From Xanthobacteraceae bacterium (GTDB lineage Bacteria; Pseudomonadota; Alphaproteobacteria; Rhizobiales; Xanthobacteraceae), in contig JBKQHQ010000230.1 in the NCBI GenBank assembly GCA_052148715.1, positions 3,243 through 67,242 of the forward strand: DNA of 64,000 bases, given 5' to 3'. The position numbers were made by a program, and so were the translations under genes. The stretch's first letter is position 1. Each line of letters starts with the position of its first letter. Shown piece after piece: positions 57,627-64,000 of this stretch. The notes beneath the pieces were generated by a model. It did not search any database, was not told the origin of the DNA, and saw only the letters and a list, made by a program, of their open reading frames with translations.

Positions 57627-57998
57627 GGACCCGCTCCCCAAAGCTCGGATTCTAGACCAAACCCTAACCGAATGACCCGTCCGCGCCAGAGTACCGTGGC
57701 GGCCGAAATGGGGTCCGGAGGCGAAAACGGCGGTCATTTCCATGACGATCCGGGTGGCCCTCAGGCGTCGACGAGACCGCCGACTGATTTGGCGCACAGC
57801 AGGTCGGCCCTCGGCAGCAGACGCGCTCGCCGGCTGAGGGGCACCGCAGCAAGGTGCCATTTTGCGAAAATGCAGCTATGGCTGAAGCGGGCGGCCAATT
57901 TATGAGGCCTTGTCGGCAGAGCGGCAAATGGGCGGCCTGCTGGTTGAGCGGCCAGTTCACCGACAGGTCTCGGGGCACGGATAGACGGGAAACGTAGC

Positions 57999-59318
57999 AT
58001 GCAACCCCAACAAACACATCCCAGCATGGGCCGTTGGTTCATACTGGTGTTGATCAGCCTGATGTACCTGATCACCTATCTCGATCGCGTGAATATCTCG
58101 ACCGCGGCGCCAGTCATCAGCAAGGAATTTGGCTTCGACAAAATCACGATGGGTATGATCTTCAGTGCCTTTGTCTGGGCCTATGCCATGTTTCAAGTTC
58201 CCGGCGGTTGGGTTGGCGATCGATTCGGCGCGCGGCATGTATTGACGGTTATTGTCGGCTACTGGTCAATAATGACCGCGGCGACCGCCGCAGCCAGCGG
58301 TGCAATCTCGTTTGTGGTAATTCGCTTTCTTTTTGGCATCGGCGAAGCCGGCGCGTTTCCAGGAGCCACCCGCGCCATGCAGCTCTGGTATCCACGGCAG
58401 GAGCGCGGCTTCGTCCAGGGCATCACGCATAGCGCGAGCCGGCTCGGCGCAGCTATTGCGCCGCCTATTGTCGTGCTCATCATGAACTCGCTAGGCTGGC
58501 AATCGGTATTCTATATTTGCGGCGCAGTCGGAATCGTCTGGTCCGCGCTTTGGTACTTAGCTTATCGTGACTTACCGGAAGAGCATGGACTGGTGAACCA
58601 GGCGGAACTCGAACAGATCCGTGGGACCGATGAACAGGGAAACGTCAACCAGGCAAAAATTGCGGAGAAAGCCAGTGTGCCATGGGGGACGCTGCTCAGA
58701 TCTCGCAATATGTGGGCGATCATGTGCGCCTATTTTACGTACGTTTATTGCCTCTGGATATTCCTGAGTTGGTTGCCATCTTATCTGGTAGAATTTAGGA
58801 ATTTTACCCTGCTCAAGGTCGGCCTCTTAGCTTCGCTGCCGCTTTGGGCCGGCGTTGTAGGCGACACAGCTGGCGGCTTGGCTACTGACTGGCTACTGGC
58901 AAAAACCGGCAACATCAGGCTCGCCCGGCGGCTGGTGGCAATCGTGGGACTGTTGGGCTGCGCAATTTTCATCGTGCCCGCTGCGTTAGCCGAGGATGCC
59001 TATATCGCTGTGTACTGCTTAACTGCTTCCATGTTCTTTCTGGAATGCACCATCGGACCGTCCTGGGCAGTCCCCATGGATACTGGCGGCGAGCATTCGG
59101 GGACCGTATCCGGGATGATGAATATGGCTGGAAACATTGGCGGCGCACTGTCGCCGACTGTCTTCGGCATTTTGGTCCAGTTCGGATCATGGCAGGCACC
59201 ATTCATTGTTGCCGCCAGTTTGCTCATCTTAGGCGCCGTCGTTTGGGCTTTCTGGCTGGATCCCGAGGCCTCCGTCGTCGAGAAATACAAACTCCCAGCA
59301 AGTGTCGCCGCGGACTGA
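57999..59318 (+). CDS. MFS transporter (anion:cation symporter-like)
   Basis: 439 aa, 12 TM; MFS motif GWVGDRFGAR; lower-GC DNA. Confidence 0.8.
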   Translation: MQPQQTHPSMGRWFILVLISLMYLITYLDRVNISTAAPVISKEFGFDKITMGMIFSAFVWAYAMFQVPGGWVGDRFGARHVLTVIVGYWSIMTAATAAASGAISFVVIRFLFGIGEAGAFPGATRAMQLWYPRQERGFVQGITHSASRLGAAIAPPIVVLIMNSLGWQSVFYICGAVGIVWSALWYLAYRDLPEEHGLVNQAELEQIRGTDEQGNVNQAKIAEKASVPWGTLLRSRNMWAIMCAYFTYVYCLWIFLSWLPSYLVEFRNFTLLKVGLLASLPLWAGVVGDTAGGLATDWLLAKTGNIRLARRLVAIVGLLGCAIFIVPAALAEDAYIAVYCLTASMFFLECTIGPSWAVPMDTGGEHSGTVSGMMNMAGNIGGALSPTVFGILVQFGSWQAPFIVAASLLILGAVVWAFWLDPEASVVEKYKLPASVAAD

Positions 59319-59456
59319 CACCAAAGTCGGGGCGCCTGCCATCTGATTATCGCGGCGGGCGATGGGGTCTTTCCTGCTTCCACGGGATGATGGTCGAAGG
59401 TAGGCTAGGCTTACGCTGCGGCGTGAAGCTCAGGGGGCGGCCAATCGAGCCGCCGC

Positions 59457-60473
59457 TCACCCCAGCTTGCCGACCTGGGCTTCCAGAAGGCCCCACGCCT
59501 TCGCGCCGTATTTTTCCTTCCAGCGCGCGTAGAAGGCGGCGAGCGGCTTCCTGAAGCCGCTGGTATCGGCTTCGTTGACGATCATCCCCTTGGCCCGCAG
59601 CGTGTCGAGCGCGCCGGCATTGAGCGTGTCGATATCCTGGCGCTGCGCCAGCGCCGCGGTCTCGGCGTGCTTCTCGATGATCGCCTGAAGGTCGGGCGGC
59701 AGCGCCTTCCACGCTTGCGCATTCGCCACCAGCGTGAAGCCCGACCACCAGTGGCTGGTCAGGCTGAGATAGGTCTGCACCTCGTACAGCTTCATCAGCA
59801 TGACGAGGCCGAGCGGGTCGCTCTGGCCGTCGACAGTGTGATTCTGCAGCACCTCGTATAGTTGGTTGAGGTTGAACTTCATGGGCTTGGCACCCAGGGT
59901 CTCGAAGAAGTCGACCGTCATCGTCTGCACCGGTGTACGGATGGTCATGCCGACCAGATCGTCGACGGTGCGGATCGGTTTGGTGCGCGTGGTGAGTTGG
60001 TGGAAGCCGTTGTCGAGCCCGCGGCGGAAGGTGTAGAGGCCCCTCGCCAGCATCTCGGCGCGGATATAGTCGCCGAGCTCGCCATCGAGCGCGACGAAGA
60101 CGTTGGCGGAGCTCTTGAAGATGAACGGCAGGCCGGGCATTTCCATGGTCGGCACCAGCGGGCCGAACACGTTGCCGCCGAGATACATTTCCAGCTCGTT
60201 CTTCTGCAGCATGGCGAGCATGGCGTTGTCGGAGCCGAGCACACCCGCGCCGTGCACCTCGATCAGCATCCGCCCGTTGGTCTCGGTGCGCACCCTGTCG
60301 GCCATCTCCTGCAGCCGCACGTAGTTCGGGCTGTCGAGCGGTTGGCTCAGGCCGAGCCGGTAGCGGAAGTCGGCCCTCGCGCGCGTGTCGGCGCCAGCGA
60401 CGGTGACGGCGGCGGTCCCGGCGATGAAGCGGCGACGCGAGGGCGTGGTCGTGACGATCGACGGAAGACGCAT
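59457..60473 (-). CDS. TRAP transporter substrate-binding protein (DctP family) with Tat signal
   Basis: 338 aa; conserved KLYEVQTYLSLTSH block; SRRRFIAGTAAVTVAGA signal. Confidence 0.8.
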   Translation of the reverse strand: MRLPSIVTTTPSRRRFIAGTAAVTVAGADTRARADFRYRLGLSQPLDSPNYVRLQEMADRVRTETNGRMLIEVHGAGVLGSDNAMLAMLQKNELEMYLGGNVFGPLVPTMEMPGLPFIFKSSANVFVALDGELGDYIRAEMLARGLYTFRRGLDNGFHQLTTRTKPIRTVDDLVGMTIRTPVQTMTVDFFETLGAKPMKFNLNQLYEVLQNHTVDGQSDPLGLVMLMKLYEVQTYLSLTSHWWSGFTLVANAQAWKALPPDLQAIIEKHAETAALAQRQDIDTLNAGALDTLRAKGMIVNEADTSGFRKPLAAFYARWKEKYGAKAWGLLEAQVGKLG

Positions 60474-60646
60474 GGCGTTTCCTCCAGACCCATTAGCCCG
60501 ACATTCCCGAGCTGACTGCCAAACTGGCCTGAATTGTAGTGATTTTCCGCCTCACTGGAAGCCATGTGTTGGCAGCCGACATGTCATGCCGCCCTTGTCG
60601 ATTTTCGAGTCGCCAATGCACCTGCCGTACGGTATCAAAGAACGAC

Positions 60647-61414
60647 ATGCAAAGAGCTTTTTTGCGGCTTGCCGCGGTTGGGGCCTTGGTACTGGTTTGC
60701 GCCCAGGCCGCACCGGCCGCGGGCCTCAAGGTGCTGACTGCGGGGGCGTTCAAGCAGGTGCTGCTGGCGCTCGCTCCGGCATTCGAGCAGCAGACCGGGC
60801 AAAGCCTCGCGATCGACAATGACACGGCCGGCGCGCTGGCAAGGCGGATTGCCGGCGGCGAAGCCTTCGACGTCGCAATCCTGGGGCCGGCGGCGGTCGA
60901 TGAGCTCGCGCGGCAGGGGAAATTCGCGCCGGGAAGCCGCACCGTCTTAGCCAAGGTCGGGGTCGGCGTCGTGGTCAAGGCCGGAGCGCCCAAGCCGGAT
61001 ATCGGCACGGTCGAGGCGTTCAAACGCGCCGTGCTCGAAGCAAGGTCGGTCGCCTATATCGATCCGGCGAGCGGCGGCTCGAGCGGTATTTTTGTTGCAG
61101 GCCTGTTCGAGCGGCTTGGCCTTGCCGTCGCGGTGAAGCCAAAAGTCAGGCTCATTCCCGGCGGCGCGGTCGCCGAGCACATCGCCAACGGCGAGGCCGA
61201 GCTCGGCATCCACCAGATCAGTGAGATTGTGCCGGTTCAGGGTGTTACTCTGGTTGGGCCGCTGCCAGCCGAGATTCAGAACTACACGACCTATGCGGCC
61301 GGCGTTGGCGCATTGACGCAGAACGGCGAGGCCGCCGCGGCGCTGTTAAAGCTTCTGTCCGGCGCTGCGGCCGCCCCGGTGATCAGGCAGAAAGGCATGG
61401 AGCCGGCCTCCTGA
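60647..61414 (+). CDS. ModA-like (molybdate/tungstate/sulfate PBP2 family) periplasmic substrate-binding protein
   Basis: 255 aa from ATG 60647; signal peptide; ModA-type fold (LKVLTAGAF..., DVAILGP, AYIDPASGGSSG); no cognate permease/ATPase adjacent. Confidence 0.6.
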   Translation: MQRAFLRLAAVGALVLVCAQAAPAAGLKVLTAGAFKQVLLALAPAFEQQTGQSLAIDNDTAGALARRIAGGEAFDVAILGPAAVDELARQGKFAPGSRTVLAKVGVGVVVKAGAPKPDIGTVEAFKRAVLEARSVAYIDPASGGSSGIFVAGLFERLGLAVAVKPKVRLIPGGAVAEHIANGEAELGIHQISEIVPVQGVTLVGPLPAEIQNYTTYAAGVGALTQNGEAAAALLKLLSGAAAAPVIRQKGMEPAS

Positions 61415-61600
61415 AGAGGGCGAAATGGGGGCCGATCATTAAGGCTTCAGGGGCGTAAAATACGCCGAGGAAGGTCCACCAGAGCGACGTTTGCACATCA
61501 GATCGCGGACACGCGGGCCCGATCGGCGGTGACGGGCAAGAGGAATTGCAATACAGTCGCTGCGCGTTGTCTTGAGCAAAAAAGCCGAGGGAGGATTTCG

Positions 61601-62548
61601 ATGCACCCGATCGATCGTCGCCGTCTTTTGAAGACGGCGGGCGCGATAACACTCATGGCCGCCGCAGGCACCGCAGGCGGGCCAGCGTTGGCCCAACAGG
61701 TGCCGTGGTCGTCAGGCACGGAAAGGCCGAAGCTCAAGGTTCCCGCGAATGCTTGCGACTGTCACATGCATATATACGATGCCAAATATCCGATCGCACC
61801 GACCGCGACGCTCAAACCCGCTGATGCGCTCGTTGCCGACTACAAGCTGCTGCAGAAGCGCATCGGCACCACCCGCAACGTCGTAGTGACACCGTCGACC
61901 TACGGCACCGATAACCGGGTTACCCTCGATGCGATCGCGCTTATCGGTCCGACCGCTCGCGGCGTAGCCGTCGTCGACGTTACGACCAGCGATGCCGAGC
62001 TCAGACGGCTAAATGAAGCCGGCATCAGGGGCATTCGCTTCAATCTAGTGCAAGCCGGCGCCACGACGATCGAGATGGTCGAACCCCTGTCAAGGCGGGT
62101 CAACGATCTCGGTTGGCACATCCAAATCCACATGAAAGGCGAGCAGATCGCCGCGATCGAAGATTTGTTGCTGCGAGTGCCGTCTCCCATCGTTTTCGAT
62201 CATCTCGGCCGGCTGGCGCCGCCGAATCCGACCGAGCAACCCGGCTTCAAGACGATCAGCAAGGTGATCGATAAGGGCAGGGGCTGGGTCAAGCTGTCGG
62301 GCGCCTATCAGGACAGCAAGGTCGGACCGCCGAGCTATTCGGACACTGTCTCGCTGGCGCGTGCTTACATCAAGGTCGCCCCCGAGCGGATGGTCTGGGC
62401 GAGCGACTGGCCGCATCCGACCGAGAAAGACAAGCCCGACGACGCGGTGCTTCTCGACCTGCTTGCCGAATGGGCGCCCGATGAGGGGGCGCGCAACCGC
62501 ATCTTGGCACAAAATCCTGCGGTGCTCTACGGCTTCCCGCCGGTGTAG
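61601..62548 (+). CDS. amidohydrolase_2 family hydrolase with Tat signal (LigI/2-pyrone-4,6-dicarboxylate lactonase-like)
   Basis: 315 aa from ATG 61601 (GAGGGAGGA SD); IDRRRLLKTAGAITLMAAAGTAGGPALA signal; CDCHMHI metal-binding start. Confidence 0.75.
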   Translation: MHPIDRRRLLKTAGAITLMAAAGTAGGPALAQQVPWSSGTERPKLKVPANACDCHMHIYDAKYPIAPTATLKPADALVADYKLLQKRIGTTRNVVVTPSTYGTDNRVTLDAIALIGPTARGVAVVDVTTSDAELRRLNEAGIRGIRFNLVQAGATTIEMVEPLSRRVNDLGWHIQIHMKGEQIAAIEDLLLRVPSPIVFDHLGRLAPPNPTEQPGFKTISKVIDKGRGWVKLSGAYQDSKVGPPSYSDTVSLARAYIKVAPERMVWASDWPHPTEKDKPDDAVLLDLLAEWAPDEGARNRILAQNPAVLYGFPPV

Positions 62549-62640
62549 TGACGCCTGTCAACCGTTGCGGCCGGGGCTCGACCCGGCCGTTCATGCACCT
62601 TGATGATCGAAAGACTGTGCCGCGGCGCTACTCGCTTCAC

Positions 62641-64000
62641 TCACAGCAGACCGATCGACAGCCAGGGAATTAAGGCGACGACCGCGAGTGCAACGAGCAC
62701 CGCCGCGAGATACGGCCACACGCGACCCATGGCTTCGTCGGGCGAGACGCGGCCGATGGCGCAGGCGGCGTAGAAGCCAAGCCCGAAGGGCGGCGCGAAC
62801 AAACCGATGCCCATGGCCAGGATCACGACCATCGAATAGTGCACGTCATGAACGCCGAGCGCACGCGCGGCGGGAAACAGCAGCGGGCCGAACAGCACGA
62901 TCGCCGGGATGCCTTCGAGGACGCTGCCAAGGACGAGGAACACGACGATCGACACCGCGAGGAAGCCGAGTTGGCCGCCCGGCATCTGCGCCATGCTGGC
63001 GACGAGCTGGTGCGAGAAGCCGGATTGGGTAAGCGCCCAGGCCATCGCGGTCGCGGTGCCGATAATGAATAGGATCGCGCCAGAGAGGGAGGCGGTCTCG
63101 ACCAGCATCGGATAGAGCCTGCGCCAGTCGAATTGACGATAGACGAAGAGACCAACGAGCACTGTATAAACCACACCGACGGTCGAAACCTCGGTCGCCG
63201 TGGCGACGCCCTTCACCACCACGCCGCGAATGATGAACGGCAGCGTCAGCGCCGGCAGCGCCACCAAAAAGCTCCATGCGATCTGGCGCACCGTGGCCCG
63301 ACGCACGCCGCTGAGGTCTTCGTCGCGGGAGCGGACGAGACTAACGGCGACGAGCGCGAGCGCGGCGACCAAGGCGGGCAGCAGGCCGCCGGTGAACAGG
63401 CCGCCGATCGAGACACTGGCGACCGAGCCGATGGTGATCAGGACGATGCTTGGCGGGATGGTTTCCGACATCGCGCCGGAGGCAGCCAGCAGCGCCACGA
63501 GCTCACCCGGCCGTGCACCGCGCCGCTTCATCTCGGGAAAGAGGACCGGCGCCACGGCCGCCATGTCGGCGGCCTTGGAGCCGGAAATTCCGGAAACGAG
63601 ATACATGGCACCGAGCAGCACAGTCGCAAGCCCGCCGCGAACGTGGCCCAGCAAGCTCGCGATGAAATCGACGAGCGCACGCGCAAGCCCCGCCATCTCC
63701 ATCAAGAGGCCCAGAAAGACGAACAGCGGCACGGCGAGGAGGACGAGGCCCGACATGCCCTCGTCCATGCGGCTCACCACGATAGTGAGCGGGATTTGCG
63801 TCGTGAACGCCAGATAGGCCAGCGTCGCCGTGCCGAAAGCAAAGGCGATCGGTACGCCGAGCGCGACGCAGGCCGCGACAATGCCGACGAAGAAGATCAG
63901 GAGATTGTAGTTGCCGAGCCCCTGCAGGGTGGGGCGCGCAGCGATCAGCGCCCCGCCGATGGCGGTGACGGTGAGAAAGGCAGCAATAATTTGGCCGGGA
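62641..64000 (-). CDS. TRAP transporter large permease DctM (possibly fused DctQM); 5' end beyond window
   Basis: DctM-like polytopic membrane protein; the reading frame stays open upstream to the window edge (LIFFVGIVAACVALGVPIAFAFG...), so the gene is truncated by the window. Confidence 0.8.
   Translation of the reverse strand, partial: PGQIIAAFLTVTAIGGALIAARPTLQGLGNYNLLIFFVGIVAACVALGVPIAFAFGTATLAYLAFTTQIPLTIVVSRMDEGMSGLVLLAVPLFVFLGLLMEMAGLARALVDFIASLLGHVRGGLATVLLGAMYLVSGISGSKAADMAAVAPVLFPEMKRRGARPGELVALLAASGAMSETIPPSIVLITIGSVASVSIGGLFTGGLLPALVAALALVAVSLVRSRDEDLSGVRRATVRQIAWSFLVALPALTLPFIIRGVVVKGVATATEVSTVGVVYTVLVGLFVYRQFDWRRLYPMLVETASLSGAILFIIGTATAMAWALTQSGFSHQLVASMAQMPGGQLGFLAVSIVVFLVLGSVLEGIPAIVLFGPLLFPAARALGVHDVHYSMVVILAMGIGLFAPPFGLGFYAACAIGRVSPDEAMGRVWPYLAAVLVALAVVALIPWLSIGLL

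Noticed and set aside
1-64000. CRISPR arrays and rRNA genes
   Set aside because: No short direct repeats with regular unique spacers and no rRNA-like conserved stretches observed

Overview
High-GC (about 64-65%) alphaproteobacterial chromosomal DNA, Bradyrhizobium/Rhodopseudomonas-like. It is gene-dense, mostly catabolic and transport genes, with several lower-GC islets. No rRNA, tRNA or CRISPR array was found.

Main content, in order along the window:
1. Minus-strand operon: AMP-dependent CoA ligase, UbiD-family decarboxylase, a branched-chain-type (HAAT) ABC transporter (LivK-like binding protein, LivH, a fused LivM-LivG permease/ATPase, LivF), a crotonase and an alpha/beta hydrolase. A SARP/BTAD-PAS regulator is transcribed divergently.
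2. A REP-associated tyrosine transposase (RAYT) flanked by inverted REP elements with GTAG-type ends. Further copies of the same REP family form a BIME-like doublet at 6.4 kb and a degenerate remnant at 47.0 kb. These REPs produce spurious 'AAFAHPT' peptides in several ORF-caller frames.
3. Operon of acyl-CoA dehydrogenase, NDP-forming acyl-CoA synthetase, patatin and an MmgE/PrpD-family protein.
4. Ethanolamine ammonia-lyase eutBC.
5. Two tandem TctC/Bug binding proteins divergent from a split TPP-dependent decarboxylase (ComD/ComE-like alpha/beta).
6. A low-GC islet with a membrane protein and an IUNH nucleoside hydrolase.
7. A DUF2927 pseudogene, a flavin monooxygenase with acyl-CoA-dehydrogenase fold and a Sel1-repeat protein.
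8. A flotillin gene flanked by two paralogous Tat-signal amidohydrolase_2 genes.
9. An extradiol dioxygenase / FAD-monooxygenase pair.
10. An 8-gene translationally coupled operon: livHMGF without a binding protein, an ICL/PEP-mutase-family gene, hydantoinase B (hyuB), hydantoinase A (hyuA) and an isochorismatase.
11. A formylglycine-generating-enzyme/sulfatase-domain (FGE) remnant, a bicupin, an islet of small ORFs, ArsR plus TauE/SafE, a frameshifted Tat-signal MmgE/PrpD paralog, an MFS transporter, TRAP DctP/DctM, a ModA-like binding protein and another Tat-signal amidohydrolase.

The most novel-looking items are the SBP-less liv + ICL/PEP-mutase + hyuBA + isochorismatase operon, the CoA-ligase/UbiD cluster, the low-GC membrane-protein/nucleoside-hydrolase module, and the flotillin flanked by Tat-exported amidohydrolases.
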